Assembly (NCBI GenBank): GCA_041937175.2
Contig: CP166615.1
Coordinates: 2,368,001 to 2,432,000, forward strand
Source: Limnothrix sp. BL-A-16
Lineage (GTDB): Bacteria > Cyanobacteriota > Cyanobacteriia > CACIAM-69d
Reading direction: 5' to 3'
DNA: 64,000 bases
Under the pieces are notes generated by a model that saw nothing but the letters and a program-made list of their open reading frames with translations, searched no databases and had not been told where the DNA came from. This document shows, piece by piece, positions 49,291 through 60,158 of the stretch (positions are counted from its first letter, which is position 1; every line of letters begins with the position of its first letter). Position numbers and translations under genes: made by a program.

Positions 49291-49785
49291 ATGTTGTCCG
49301 TGCCGTCTCCCCTTGCCAAAGCCGCGCCCCTGGCCGACTCACGCGACTCCTTCGCCATTACCTTTGCGCCCCTTTCGCTGGACGCGGTATATCGCTTGGC
49401 CGATGACCCGGCCAACGGCGCAATCGTGGTGATGAACGGTACTGTGCGCCAGGAAACAGACGGCAAACCCGTGGTGGCTCTGGACTATCAAGCCTACGAA
49501 CCCATGGCGATCGTCATCTTTCAGCAAATTGCCGCCCAGATTCGCCAGCGCTGGCCCGTGGTGAATCGGGTGGTGATTCACCATCGGATTGGCAAGCTAA
49601 AAATTGGCGAAATCAGCGTGCTGGTGGCGATCGGGTCTCCCCATCGATCGGAAGCCTTCGAGGCCTGCCGCTACGCGATCGACCAACTGAAGCACAACGC
49701 CCCCATTTGGAAAAAAGAATTTTGGGCCGATGGTTCCAGCAACTGGATCAGCATCGGCGCTTGCGAACAAACCGGCGACTGTTAG
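49291..49785 (+). CDS. moaE: Molybdopterin synthase catalytic subunit
   Basis: GAIVVMNGTVR, YQAYEPMA, HRIG, SPHRSEAF, APIWKKE. Confidence 0.95.
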   Translation: MLSVPSPLAKAAPLADSRDSFAITFAPLSLDAVYRLADDPANGAIVVMNGTVRQETDGKPVVALDYQAYEPMAIVIFQQIAAQIRQRWPVVNRVVIHHRIGKLKIGEISVLVAIGSPHRSEAFEACRYAIDQLKHNAPIWKKEFWADGSSNWISIGACEQTGDC

Positions 49786-49855
49786 GCCACTGCTAGGCGA
49801 CTGTGAATCGATGATTGGCCGAGCATTGGTCGATGATTGGTCTGTCTTTTGTGGG

Positions 49856-51169
49856 CTACCGCAATTGCAGAATTTTGATGGTGACGGCCATGCTCTCTTC
49901 ATACAGCACCTCCCGGCCCCAACGCTGAAGCTGTTGTGCCATCAGCAATTCTGCCTTTTGGTCGGGCAAAGCCGTCACCTGTTCAGTGCGGGCCGATTGG
50001 GCACTGCCCCCCGCCTCCATCCGCATACAGCCCGTCATTTCTGAGCAAAGAATCGTGGCACAGTCCGCATTGGGATTGGTGGAAGCCAAACGCAGCCCAA
50101 TCAAATCCCCCGGAATTTCACCCACATCGGCTGTGGGAATGGCGGCCAATTCCGCCTGGATCGATCGCCCGTCACCGCGTTCAAAATCCACATATACCAA
50201 GTCATAGTCGCCGCCCGTGGCCCGATAGGCGATCGGCTCCCACCCCAGGCGGCTCGCAAACCACCCAAGGAACATCAACGCTTGGGCCGCGCTGCCTTTT
50301 TCGTAATCGATCGAGATTCGATCGACCTCTCCCAGCCACATTCGCCGCTCCGGCGGATCAAACGAAGCCGCCGTCAGCTCCTGCCACAGGGACAACCGGT
50401 GCCAATTCAAATCAGCAATGTAGGTTTCCTGGTCAATCAGCGACTGAATTTTCAAAAATTCCGCCTCGGGATCGCTGAAGTAAGACGAATCCAAAATCAG
50501 GCAATTGGCCGCTTCCGACAGCATTTGGAACAGGCCCTGTTCAGGATTGGGCGTGGCCTTCCACCAGGCAAACTTCGGCAAATCAGGAATCAACAACGAC
50601 ACCACCAAATCGGCAACCCGCTCCAGGGCCTCCTTGGTTCCGCGCAGCGTGATGTATTCGCAGCAAACCAGATTCCGGCTCTTGCTCTTTTGCACGGGGC
50701 AATAGGCGGACACTTGGGCAGTTACCCCTTCATCGGGCCCCAGGGTGGGACAAAGGGCAATGATCCGAGAAGGATTTTGCGCCGCGATCGCATCGCTGAC
50801 GGTGGCCCCGCGCAAATCTAAATTGGGGGAGCGCGTTTGCCCAAAGCTCACGTGGTCTTCGCGCAGGGCCCGCAGGGTATCCATGTCCACGCGCCCGGTC
50901 GTCCGAAATCCGTAGGCTGACTGGGCCAGCTTGATGGCATTGCGGGTGTCGGGGCCATGCAACCCATCGATCGCCCCCTTATAAAACCCCAGGGAACCCA
51001 ACAATTGCTGAAACTCCTCCGGCTCATAGGCCACCATGCAGAACGTGGCAGCTCTTGTGGCGATCGCCGCATCGCCGGATCCCTGACTCAGCCAAATCTT
51101 GTTTAACTCTGCCTCAATTTCCCCGAGCGAAATATCCTTGGGGGTTTGGAGTGTAATCGTTGTGGTCAT
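49856..51169 (-). CDS. opcA: G6PDH assembly/redox protein OpcA with peptidoglycan-binding-like insert
   Basis: IEAELNKIW, GFY.G.IDG.HGP, ADLNWHRL..WQEL; directly downstream of zwf. Confidence 0.93.
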   Translation of the reverse strand: MTTTITLQTPKDISLGEIEAELNKIWLSQGSGDAAIATRAATFCMVAYEPEEFQQLLGSLGFYKGAIDGLHGPDTRNAIKLAQSAYGFRTTGRVDMDTLRALREDHVSFGQTRSPNLDLRGATVSDAIAAQNPSRIIALCPTLGPDEGVTAQVSAYCPVQKSKSRNLVCCEYITLRGTKEALERVADLVVSLLIPDLPKFAWWKATPNPEQGLFQMLSEAANCLILDSSYFSDPEAEFLKIQSLIDQETYIADLNWHRLSLWQELTAASFDPPERRMWLGEVDRISIDYEKGSAAQALMFLGWFASRLGWEPIAYRATGGDYDLVYVDFERGDGRSIQAELAAIPTADVGEIPGDLIGLRLASTNPNADCATILCSEMTGCMRMEAGGSAQSARTEQVTALPDQKAELLMAQQLQRWGREVLYEESMAVTIKILQLR

Positions 51170-51306
51170 GGTTTGCCTGCTGAGGGATCTGATTGAAAGA
51201 TCTGGTTGAGGAATTTGCTTAAGAGCGCTGAACGACCTACGGTTCAGCGCCTGATTTCCGAATTGCCGAGTTGCAACACCTGATTGCTCGTCACCTTGTG
51301 TTCGGC

Positions 51307-52836
51307 CTAGAGTCGTCGCCAGTGCCGACCATCACGCTCTAGCAACAACTCCGCCTCTACCGGTTCCCAAGTCCCCGCTTCATAGAGCGGAATCGCCTCC
51401 GGCGGCGCAGGCGCATCCCACAACCCCAAAACCGGCGTGAGGGCCCGCCAAGAAGCCTCCACCTCGTCATCGCGCGTAAACAGGGACTGATCACCCAACA
51501 TACAGTCCATCAGCAGACGACCGTAGGCCTCGCCTTGGGATTGGCCAAAGGCACTTTCATAGCGGAAATCCATATCGACCGATCGAGTCTTCAAGGATGC
51601 GCCCGGCATTTTCACCTCAAAGCGCATCGAGATCCCTTCATTCGGCTGAATCCGCATGGCCAAAACATTGGGGTTCGTTTGGCGCGCCGCCGACGGAAAC
51701 ATCAACAGCGGCACTTCCTTGAATTGAATCGCCACTTCGGTCACCTTTTTCGGCATCCGCTTGCCCGTGCGCAGATAGAAGGGCACCCCTTTCCAGCGCC
51801 AGTTATCAATACACAGTTTCAGGGCCGCATAGGTGGGCGTGGTGGAAGTGGGGCTGGCCCCGTCCTCTTCGCGGTAGCCCGGAACCGGTTTGCCTCGCAT
51901 CCAACCGCGACTATATTGGCCCCGAACAGCGCAGAGATCCAGATTTTGCAAGTCTGCGAGCCGGGTTGCTTGCAGCACTTTCACCTTTTCGTTGCGAATG
52001 CTGTCGGCATCAAGGGAGTTGGGCGGCTCCATGGCCGTGAGGCAAAACAGTTGCATCAGGTGGTTTTGCACCATGTCCCGCAGGGCCCCGGAGGTTTCGT
52101 AGTAACCGGCGCGCCCTTCTAGCCCGACGGTTTCCGCCACGGTGATTTGCACACAGTCCACAAACTGCCGGTTCCAGAGGGGTTCAAAAATGGCGTTGGC
52201 AAACCGAAACACCAACAGGTTTTGAACGGTTTCTTTGCCGAGGTAGTGGTCAATCCGATAGACCTGTTTTTCGGAACAGACGGCCTGCACGACGCGGTTG
52301 AGCTGTTGGGCGGTGGCCAAGTCGCGACCGAAGGGTTTTTCAATCACAAGGCGTTGTTTGTCGGGATCGGCGAGCATCCCGGCCGATCCCAGTTGCTGGA
52401 TCGCTTCCCCAAAAAATTTGGGAGCCACGGACAGGTAAAAAACCCGGTTGCCCCGAGTGCCTCGGAGTTCGTCCAGCTCTGCCAGGAAGGTTTTGAGTTT
52501 TTGATAGTCTTCGGGTACGTCAATGTTGGCGGGCCAATAGAACAGGCCTTTAGCAAAGTCTTCCCAAAGGTCGTCGCTTTGGGTCCCGCCGCCAAATTCT
52601 TCGATGCCTTCGCGCAGGTGTTCGCGGAAGAAGTCGTGACTCCATTCCCGACGGGCCACACCGACGATGGTGAGTTCGGGGGGCAGTCGCCGCTCTAGTT
52701 TCATTTGGTAGAGGGCGGGCACCAGTTTGCGCTGGGTGAGGTCACCGGAGGCCCCAAAGATAATCAGGATTTGGGGTTCGGGGATGCGTTCTTGCTGAAG
52801 ACCAACGCGCAGGGGATTTTCTTGGAAGGTCAGCAT
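51307..52836 (-). CDS. zwf: Glucose-6-phosphate 1-dehydrogenase
   Basis: [34 protein letters not shown]. Confidence 0.98.
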   Translation of the reverse strand: MLTFQENPLRVGLQQERIPEPQILIIFGASGDLTQRKLVPALYQMKLERRLPPELTIVGVARREWSHDFFREHLREGIEEFGGGTQSDDLWEDFAKGLFYWPANIDVPEDYQKLKTFLAELDELRGTRGNRVFYLSVAPKFFGEAIQQLGSAGMLADPDKQRLVIEKPFGRDLATAQQLNRVVQAVCSEKQVYRIDHYLGKETVQNLLVFRFANAIFEPLWNRQFVDCVQITVAETVGLEGRAGYYETSGALRDMVQNHLMQLFCLTAMEPPNSLDADSIRNEKVKVLQATRLADLQNLDLCAVRGQYSRGWMRGKPVPGYREEDGASPTSTTPTYAALKLCIDNWRWKGVPFYLRTGKRMPKKVTEVAIQFKEVPLLMFPSAARQTNPNVLAMRIQPNEGISMRFEVKMPGASLKTRSVDMDFRYESAFGQSQGEAYGRLLMDCMLGDQSLFTRDDEVEASWRALTPVLGLWDAPAPPEAIPLYEAGTWEPVEAELLLERDGRHWRRL

Positions 52837-52861
52837 TGGGGAAATGGGATCTGAAAGGGGC

Positions 52862-52913
52862 GATCGAGGCTGAAGATCGAGGCTGAAGATCGAGGCTAAA
52901 GATCGAGGCTGAA
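52862..52913. repeat. 13-bp tandem repeat gatcgaggct(g/a)aa x4 between fbp and zwf
   Basis: Read directly from the sequence. Confidence 0.9.
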
Positions 52914-53024
52914 TCAGGAAGGGGGTTGGGCAGGGAAATCGATGATCACGGGCAGCGGAGGGAAGGCCGAGGGTCGATCGCCCAGTTGGGGTCTTGAAGG
53001 GCTGCTGATCTCGATCGTCAGGGG

Positions 53025-54077
53025 TTAGCCCGATCCCCGCTGTAGCAAAGATTCCACTCGGTTGACTTCTTCGGAGCTGCCAATAATCAGGGGCGATCGG
53101 GCATGAAGTCGATCGGGAATCAGATCCATGATTGGTTGCTGGCCGTCGCTGGCCTGGCCACCCGCTTGCTCAATCAAAAAAGCAAGAGGAGCTGCTTCAT
53201 ACAGCAACCGCAGTTTGCCTTGGGGTTTTTGGCGGGTTCCTGGATACAAAAACACGCCCCCTTGAAACAGGATGCGATGCAGATCGGCCACTAAGGCTCC
53301 GCTGTAGCGGGAAGAGTAGCCACCCACTTCCCGAAAGTATTGAATACAGGCTTGGGTGGCTGGCTCCCATTGGCCAAAGTTGCCTTCATTGACGCTGTAG
53401 AGCTTGCCACTGGGAGGAATTTTCAGGTTTTCGTGGCTGAGGATAAATTCTCCAAGGCTGGGATCGAGGGTGAAGGCATGGACTCCGCGCCCGATCGAGT
53501 AAACCAGCATGGTGCTGGGGCCGTAGAGAATGTAACCGGCGGCCAGTTGCTTGTGGCCCGATTGCAGCAGGTCGGCAGCTTCGCCCGTTTCGTCGTTGCC
53601 TTCCTGTTGGCGAATGGCGAAGATCGATCCCACATTGAGGTCAATATCAATGTTGGAGGAACCGTCGATCGGGTCATAGAGCAGGGTATAGCGACCGATC
53701 GGGCAATTTTCAGGAATGTAATAGGGACGCTCCATTTCCTCGGAAGCCAAGCGACAAACCAAGCCACTTTGCTTAAACACCGAAATAAAAACATCGTTGG
53801 CGTAGAGATCCATCTTTTTGACGGCCTCGCCTTGGACGTTGGTGCTGCCCGTGAAGCCCAGCGCATCTTCCATCAAACCCGATCGGCTCAGGTGGCGAGC
53901 GATGAGTTTGCCCGCCAAGGCAATTCGGTTCATTAGGGCGCTGAGATCTTGGGCATCGGAGCCAAAACTTTGCAGTTGTTGCAGCACATGGCGACCCAGC
54001 GTGGTGCAATCTCGATCGAGCGATCGCTCCTGAGTCACAACGTAACTGGCGGAATCAACACTGGCAGCATCAGCCAT
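53025..54077 (-). CDS. fbp: Class 1 fructose-1,6-bisphosphatase
   Basis: [33 protein letters not shown]. Confidence 0.96.
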   Translation of the reverse strand: MADAASVDSASYVVTQERSLDRDCTTLGRHVLQQLQSFGSDAQDLSALMNRIALAGKLIARHLSRSGLMEDALGFTGSTNVQGEAVKKMDLYANDVFISVFKQSGLVCRLASEEMERPYYIPENCPIGRYTLLYDPIDGSSNIDIDLNVGSIFAIRQQEGNDETGEAADLLQSGHKQLAAGYILYGPSTMLVYSIGRGVHAFTLDPSLGEFILSHENLKIPPSGKLYSVNEGNFGQWEPATQACIQYFREVGGYSSRYSGALVADLHRILFQGGVFLYPGTRQKPQGKLRLLYEAAPLAFLIEQAGGQASDGQQPIMDLIPDRLHARSPLIIGSSEEVNRVESLLQRGSG

Positions 54078-54343
54078 CTCAGAACCTCTCGTGACTGACG
54101 ACAGAACGGCGACAGAACATTGCCCCCGGGGTCATGCCTTCAGTGTAGGAACCGATTTCCGAAAAGCTGGGGCGTTTTTAGAGAAACTTCATTAGTTCGT
54201 CGTAGTTCGTCGCAGTCCTTTGCAGTCCGTCGTAATTGACCGATGGATGATCCGCTGCGCCCGTTTGTTGGTGTCCTGGTAAGCATTCAACAAACTTTTC
54301 AGCATCTAACCAATCGCTCAAGACCCAGAAAGATCCAAAAACG

Positions 54344-54377
54344 AAAGGGGCCAAGTCTCGTAGACTGACCCCTTTTC
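54344..54377 (-). terminator. Hairpin downstream of the RNA-binding protein gene
   Basis: aaaggggccaagtct-cgt-agactgacccctttt, imperfect stem. Confidence 0.4.
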
Positions 54378-54479
54378 CAGAAGAGTATTGCTATTTCAGC
54401 GGAACCAAAACTTTGGTTCCCCGATCGGGCAATTCTGAATTAGGCAGACTGTTTTCCGCCGCGTTCCATCTCTGAAGAC

Positions 54480-54773
54480 TTAGAACGCGTTATGGAAAAA
54501 CGAGCGCCCACCGCCACCACCGGAGCGAGGCTCCTTAGGACGAGCCTTATTGGCACGGATTTGGCGGCCCATCCATTCTGCTCCATCGAGTTCTTTGATG
54601 GCGTGCTCTTCGGCCTGGTCGCTTTCAAGATCGATGAAGGCGAAACCGCGAATTCGGTTCACTTCGCGGTCGATCGGCAGGGTGATACGCTTAACAACGC
54701 CATACTCCGAGAAAACTTCTTGGAGATCCTGCTCGGTAGCGTCGTAAGAAAGATTGCCAACGTAAATCGTCAT
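54480..54773 (-). CDS. RRM RNA-binding protein (cyanobacterial Rbp) with short Gly-rich tail
   Basis: RNP2 IYVGNL, RNP1 RGFAFI, LDGAEWMGR. Confidence 0.95.
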   Translation of the reverse strand: MTIYVGNLSYDATEQDLQEVFSEYGVVKRITLPIDREVNRIRGFAFIDLESDQAEEHAIKELDGAEWMGRQIRANKARPKEPRSGGGGGRSFFHNAF

Positions 54774-55358
54774 TTGAGTCCGGAACGGTAAAACAAGCGC
54801 GTGAAGTCTTCAGTTCAATTTGTCTCATGAGAACTTGGGTAAGCGGACTGGGACACAGTTCCACAAACTAAATTCCCACGCGGTGCTAGGCCCCAAGTCT
54901 ATTGAGATTGTGCCCGATCGCGATCGCGCTCAAAACAAAAGGATCTGAAAGAACATCACCATGATAGCGCCCTAGAGGGGCACTACTGGCGTAAACTTGG
55001 GAGTTTATTTTCCAATCCGGGGTAAGTCAGGGGTTGGCAGCGGGTAAATAGCTTGGATTTGGGGGCAAATTGCCCCTTCTCGATCGTTACCAATCGTTGA
55101 CGACCCTTCACCCCTAATCGTCCGGATCCTCGGTGGCCGTGGGCGATCGCCCCGTTGCTTCCCACCCGGCTCTCAGCCTCGATCCATCGGAGATCTCTAT
55201 CTATCTATATAAAGATCCCCGATGGATAAGGATCCCCAATAGCTCAGGAACCGTCAGCAAGCTTCCGCCCATTTAGCTTTGAGCCTTGGCCGCTCAGGTT
55301 CAACCGTTGACGATGGGTTCAGGAATTCGCTGACTCAAATTCGCTGACCTGAATCCAT

Positions 55359-55577
55359 TTACTCGATCGAGATCGACTGAGGGCCGCCGCTGGGGCTGCT
55401 GGGCGCAGACTCCGTGGAGCCATTGGGGCGATCGCTCCCCAACTGTTGCTCCAACCAGCTCTTGATCGGATCCTGATTCAGATCCAGGCGCAACAGGCCG
55501 GAAGCCAGTCCACCCAAGAAGCTCACGGGCTGTTTGAGGCCTTCTTCAACAAGGGGTTTGAGTTCTTCTAGGAACAT
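55359..55577 (-). CDS. Small conserved cyanobacterial hypothetical protein
   Basis: MFLEEL.P..QPVSFLGG..SGLLRL.L.QDP.KSWL..GPQSISIE pattern. Confidence 0.75.
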   Translation of the reverse strand: MFLEELKPLVEEGLKQPVSFLGGLASGLLRLDLNQDPIKSWLEQQLGSDRPNGSTESAPSSPSGGPQSISIE

Positions 55578-55643
55578 AGGGCCGGACACACCGTTTACAA
55601 ATTGCAAGAATTGCTGTCCAGTGTATCAAGAGGTTTTCGGTTG

Positions 55644-56354
55644 ATGGGTAGTGGAAATCAAGAGTCGATCGCCCCGAGCAACGCCAGCACGGGCAGCCGA
55701 CTCATTACCTCCCTAGTTGCGCCAGCGGTCAAACTCTGGCTTCGATCCCAGGTGGAAGCCGCCACTGAAATCACCGTGCGGCTGGATGGACGCGATCGGG
55801 AAATTCTTGCGGGTCGCCTACCCCAAGCCCAAATTAACGCCGAATCCGTGGTTTATCAGGGCTTGCACCTCAGCCATCTCAACCTGCAAGCCACCAACAT
55901 TGCCGTCAATTTGGGGCAAGTGCTGCGCGGCAAGCCCCTAAGGCTAATGCAGCCCATTCCCGTCAGCGCGGAATTAAAACTTTTTGCCCCCGACTTGGCA
56001 GCCTCTTTGGCGGCTCCCCTGCTGGCCCCGGCGTTGGCGGACTTTCTGGCTCCCCTGCTGGCCCTTTGGGGGCGACCCGTCACTTTCGAGCAACCCCAAG
56101 CCACCCTGGCCGGAGGGCGGTTAATTTTATCAGGGGCGATCGAGCAGCAACCGGTGCAACTTTGCCTGGGGTTGGAATTGGTTGACCCCCAAACCTTGCA
56201 ACTCTGCAATCCCCAGTGGCTGAACCAGGCAGGTGAGCCGATCGCCCAAGGATCCTCCGTGCTCCTGCCTTTGGGCGAAGACGTGGCCATCAGCGACCTC
56301 TCGATCGAACCCGAAGGACTCCAATGCACCGGTACTTTGCTAGTGCGCCCCTGA
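55644..56354 (+). CDS. DUF2993 (LmeA-like) domain protein (ORF open from 55602)
   Basis: AVKLWLRSQV, VYQGLHL, NLGQVLRGKPLRL. Confidence 0.75.
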   Translation: MGSGNQESIAPSNASTGSRLITSLVAPAVKLWLRSQVEAATEITVRLDGRDREILAGRLPQAQINAESVVYQGLHLSHLNLQATNIAVNLGQVLRGKPLRLMQPIPVSAELKLFAPDLAASLAAPLLAPALADFLAPLLALWGRPVTFEQPQATLAGGRLILSGAIEQQPVQLCLGLELVDPQTLQLCNPQWLNQAGEPIAQGSSVLLPLGEDVAISDLSIEPEGLQCTGTLLVRP

Positions 56355-56500
56355 TCGGTCTATTTATACAAGTCGCCTATCTATATAGATAGATCAAAAT
56401 AGATGGGTCAAATTAGCCAGACCCAATAACAACTTCAACTCGATCCAGTCGGACGAACAGGGAAGCGGGCCCCATTCAGCCGATCTAGCTGCATCGGAAT

Positions 56501-56794
56501 TTAGTGAATGACCAAAGCCGCATCGCTGACCAAACAAAGCCCTCCTACCCGCTTCAAAATCGGGCGAAGTAGCTTCACCAACTGATCTAACTGGTTCACA
56601 TCCTGGCAAGTGGTCAGGATATAGCAATTGCCAAACTCCCGGCCTAGATCATTGGTGAACTCTCCCCGATCGCCCTTTCCTGAAGCATCGCGAATTACCG
56701 TATAACCTGGAAACTTCAGCCCATCCAGCATTTCCAAGATTTCCTCTAGTTCCAAAGAGCTAACAATAATTTCCACACGTTTTGTTAATTGCAT
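56501..56794 (-). CDS. PII-like protein (SbtB-like)
   Basis: KRVEII, GYTVIRDASGKGDRG, GGLCLVSD; downstream of the sbtA-like gene. Confidence 0.85.
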   Translation of the reverse strand: MQLTKRVEIIVSSLELEEILEMLDGLKFPGYTVIRDASGKGDRGEFTNDLGREFGNCYILTTCQDVNQLDQLVKLLRPILKRVGGLCLVSDAALVIH

Positions 56795-56840
56795 ACAAAC
56801 CTACTAGCAAACGAGTCAATCCATGAATTCCAAAAACACC

Positions 56841-57824
56841 CTACAGACCCAGGATTTTTTCCAGTTCTAAATACAGCGGAATTCCCACAATAATGTTGAA
56901 CGGAAACGTCAAAGCCAGCGCCATCGAAACATATAAACTCGGATTCGCTTCCGGAACCGTCATCCGCATTGCTGCCGGAACCGCAATATAAGAAGCACTG
57001 GCGCAAAGCACCGCAAACAATAACCCATTGCCTTCGCCAATTCCCAGCAACTTCGCAATCACAATCCCCACCACCGCATTCACCAGCGGCACAATCACCG
57101 AAAAACCAATTAAAAATAGTCCTGTTTTTTTCAAATCTCGAATTCGTTTGGCGGCAATGATGCCCATATCCATCAGGAAAAACGTCAGCACACCATAGAA
57201 AATGCCCTGCGTAAAGGGTTCCAGCTTGTGCCAACCGCTGGGGCCGCTCAGCATTCCAATAATCACGCTGCCCACCAACAGCAGCACAGAACTATTCAAA
57301 AAGGCTTCCCGCAACACCTCACCCCAAGCAAAGGGATGATCGGGATCGTCCTTATCATCCTTGGCATCAAAAATTCGCACCAAAATTAGGCCGATGATAA
57401 TTGCGGGTGATTCCATTAACGCCAAAGCTGCCACCATGTAGCCGCCATAGCTAATGTGCAGTTGATCCAAAAAAGAGCTGGCCGTAATAAAAGTCACGGC
57501 ACTGATGGAACCATAGGTGGCCGCAATGGCAGCCGCATTAGGGGGATCCAGGCGAATTCTTAAGATAAAAAATGTGTAAATCGGAACCAAAGAGGCCATC
57601 ACGATCGAAGCCAGCAGCGTACCCGCCACTTGCTGAGTAATGCCGCTTTCTAGTAGCTCATAGCCCCCTTTAAACCCGATCGCCACCAATAGATAGAGCG
57701 AAAATAGCTTGGGCAGTGGTGCAGGAATTTCCAAATCTGATTTACAGAAAACGGCCAACATTCCCAAGAAAAAGAACAAGATGGGAGGATTGAGAATATT
57801 GGAAAGAATCAGGCCACTATCCAT
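56841..57824 (-). CDS. SbtA-like sodium-dependent bicarbonate transporter family permease (DUF897)
   Basis: LFFFLG, AIGFKGG, YGSISAVTF, MESPAII, SASYIAVPAAMR, TFPFNI. Confidence 0.9.
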   Translation of the reverse strand: MDSGLILSNILNPPILFFFLGMLAVFCKSDLEIPAPLPKLFSLYLLVAIGFKGGYELLESGITQQVAGTLLASIVMASLVPIYTFFILRIRLDPPNAAAIAATYGSISAVTFITASSFLDQLHISYGGYMVAALALMESPAIIIGLILVRIFDAKDDKDDPDHPFAWGEVLREAFLNSSVLLLVGSVIIGMLSGPSGWHKLEPFTQGIFYGVLTFFLMDMGIIAAKRIRDLKKTGLFLIGFSVIVPLVNAVVGIVIAKLLGIGEGNGLLFAVLCASASYIAVPAAMRMTVPEANPSLYVSMALALTFPFNIIVGIPLYLELEKILGL

Positions 57825-58045
57825 CGGCTATCCAGAGCAAAAACTAGAAAGGGATAAATTCCAACCTAGCCCAGGTTTAGGGTTAGGTAAACCTCTGAAA
57901 CTAATTAAGATTATTCTTCATAATTATTCACTTTCACTGATGAAAACTCGCCACCACAGGTGTCACGGTTCCCCTTGCTTGCGACAGGATCAAGGCTGGA
58001 TGATGATGAGAAATTGTTTAGAAACTGTTGGTTGTAGTGGGTTCT

Positions 58046-59992
58046 ATGCCTCAAATTGCGCCCTACGGGACTTGGAAATCGCCGATTACTTCCGAAGCGA
58101 TCGTGGCGGGAACGATCGGGCTGGGCGGTGGTTGTGCGGAAGGCGAAACGTTGTATTGGAGTGAATCGCGGCCGGCCGAGGGCGGACGTGTGGCGATCGT
58201 GGCCCGGTCGCCCGAGGGCCAAACCCAAGATGTGATTGCGGCTCCTTGGAACGCTCGCAGTCGGGTGCATGAGTATGGCGGCGGTGCTTGGACGGTCGAT
58301 CGAGGCTGGATTTATTTTGTGAACTTTGCCGATCAGCGACTGTATCGCACTCGGCCGGGCCAGGAGCCGATCGCCCTCACGCCTGAACAACCCTGGCGCT
58401 ATGCGGATTTTGTGGTGGATGCCCAGCGCGATCGGGTGATTGGCATCCGCGAAGATCACAGCCAGCCCGATCGGGAGCCAGTGAACGAGTTGGTGGCGAT
58501 CGCCCTGGACGGGTCGCAACAGGTGAGCCTATTGGCAACGGGTTGGGACTTTTACGCCTCGCCGGCCCTCAGTCCCGATGGGTCGCAGTTGGCTTGGTTA
58601 ACTTGGAATCATCCCAATTTGCCTTGGGACAGCACCACTCTGTGGGTAGCGGCCATTGCCGATGATGGCTCCTTGCAAAATTCCCACATCGTGGCCGGCG
58701 GGGCCGAAGAATCCGTGTTTCAGCCCAGTTGGTCGCCTGACGGCCGATTGCATTTTGTGAGCGATCGCTCCGGTTGGTGGAATTTATATCGCCAGGAATC
58801 GGACGGCAAGGCGCAGAACCTTTGCCCCATGGAGGCGGAATTTGGCTTGCCCCAGTGGGTTTTTGGGATGAGCACCTATGGGTTTGTGGATTCAGAAACC
58901 CTGGTTTGTGCCTATACCCAAAATGGGCTGTGGCAATTGGCAAAATTAACCATTGCTGATGGAAACCTAACGGTTATTAACCAGCCCTACACATCCATTT
59001 CTGATCCCTTTGTGGCGAAAGATTTTGTCATTTTTGGGGGTGGATCAGCCGTACAAGCGGGATCGATCGTGCGGCTCGATTTGACAACCGAAGCGATCGA
59101 GGTTTTGAAAACCAGCAGCACTTTAGAATTGGATCCGGGCTATTTATCAGAACCGCAATCGATCGCATTTCCAACGACGGGCGATCGGGAAGCCTATGCC
59201 CTCTTGTATCTGCCGAAAAATCGTGATTTCCAAGCCCCAGCGGGCGAAAAACCACCCTTGAAGGTCAAAATTCACGGCGGCCCCACGGCTCAAACTTCCA
59301 GTAGTTTGAATTTGTCGATTCAATATTGGACGAGTCGCGGCTTTGCGGTGTTGGATGTGAACTATGGCGGCAGCACGGGCTATGGCCGTGCCTACCATTG
59401 CCGGTTGGATGGCCAATGGGGGCTGGTGGATGTGGATGATTGCGTGAATGGTGCGCAATATTTGGTCGATCGGGGGCTGGTGGATGGCGATCGCTTGACC
59501 ATTGCCGGGGGCAGCGCCGGGGGCTACACCACCCTGGCCGCGTTGGCTTTCCGCGACCAGTTCAAGGCCGGAGCCAGTTACTACGGCGTGAGCGATTTGG
59601 AAGCTTTGGCTCGGGATACCCATAAGTTCGAGGCCCGCTACCTCGATCGACTGATTGGCCCTTACCCGGAGCGCCAGGATATCTACATGGATCGATCGCC
59701 CATTCATCACATCGATCGGCTCAATTGTCCAGTGGCATTTTTTCAGGGTCTCGAAGATAAAATTGTGCCGCCCAATCAAGCGGAAATGATGGTGAATGCT
59801 CTCCGGGAAAAAGGAATTCCGGTGGCCTATGTGGCCTTTGAAGGGGAACAGCACGGATTCCGTAAGGCAGAAAATATTCGTCGCGCCTTGGATGGAGAAT
59901 TTTATTTCTATGCCAAGGTTTTTGGCTTTGAACCGGCGGAGGCGATCGACCCGATCGAAATTGCTAATTTGGATGACTCCATGGGTGACTAA
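58046..59992 (+). CDS. S9 family peptidase (dipeptidyl aminopeptidase / acylaminoacyl-peptidase)
   Basis: APYGTWKSPI, HEYGGG, HGGPT, GGSAGG nucleophile, QG.ED, EQHGF. Confidence 0.93.
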   Translation: MPQIAPYGTWKSPITSEAIVAGTIGLGGGCAEGETLYWSESRPAEGGRVAIVARSPEGQTQDVIAAPWNARSRVHEYGGGAWTVDRGWIYFVNFADQRLYRTRPGQEPIALTPEQPWRYADFVVDAQRDRVIGIREDHSQPDREPVNELVAIALDGSQQVSLLATGWDFYASPALSPDGSQLAWLTWNHPNLPWDSTTLWVAAIADDGSLQNSHIVAGGAEESVFQPSWSPDGRLHFVSDRSGWWNLYRQESDGKAQNLCPMEAEFGLPQWVFGMSTYGFVDSETLVCAYTQNGLWQLAKLTIADGNLTVINQPYTSISDPFVAKDFVIFGGGSAVQAGSIVRLDLTTEAIEVLKTSSTLELDPGYLSEPQSIAFPTTGDREAYALLYLPKNRDFQAPAGEKPPLKVKIHGGPTAQTSSSLNLSIQYWTSRGFAVLDVNYGGSTGYGRAYHCRLDGQWGLVDVDDCVNGAQYLVDRGLVDGDRLTIAGGSAGGYTTLAALAFRDQFKAGASYYGVSDLEALARDTHKFEARYLDRLIGPYPERQDIYMDRSPIHHIDRLNCPVAFFQGLEDKIVPPNQAEMMVNALREKGIPVAYVAFEGEQHGFRKAENIRRALDGEFYFYAKVFGFEPAEAIDPIEIANLDDSMGD

Positions 59993-60078
59993 ACTTTCCA
60001 ACCAGACAAAAATTGGGGACTCTTGCCATGTCCTAGATGCAAGCGGAAACGGTTAGTGCTCCATTCCCCAATCGTCGC

Positions 60079-60158
60079 GACAAGGGGCTTAAGCCCCTTG
60101 CTGCCCAACGATCCACTCACGGCGGAATCAGGGTTTTCGGCGAAACGACGACACCCCC
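60079..60158 (-). mobile_element. Partial MITE family A copy, followed by a palindrome half and another degenerate end (~60197-60243)
   Basis: gacaaggggcttaagccccttg..ggaatcagggttttcggcgaaacgacgacaccccc|ta aligns with the reverse complement of 3879-3960. Confidence 0.7.

Noticed and set aside
49856..54077. Absence of tal from the fbp-zwf-opcA cluster, and the peptidoglycan-binding-like insert in OpcA, as novelties
   Set aside because: Both arrangements are already known in cyanobacteria
54780..55350. tRNA or known ncRNA in the long intergenic region upstream of the rbp gene
   Set aside because: Only a short hairpin (about 54963-54985); no cloverleaf or recognisable RNA family
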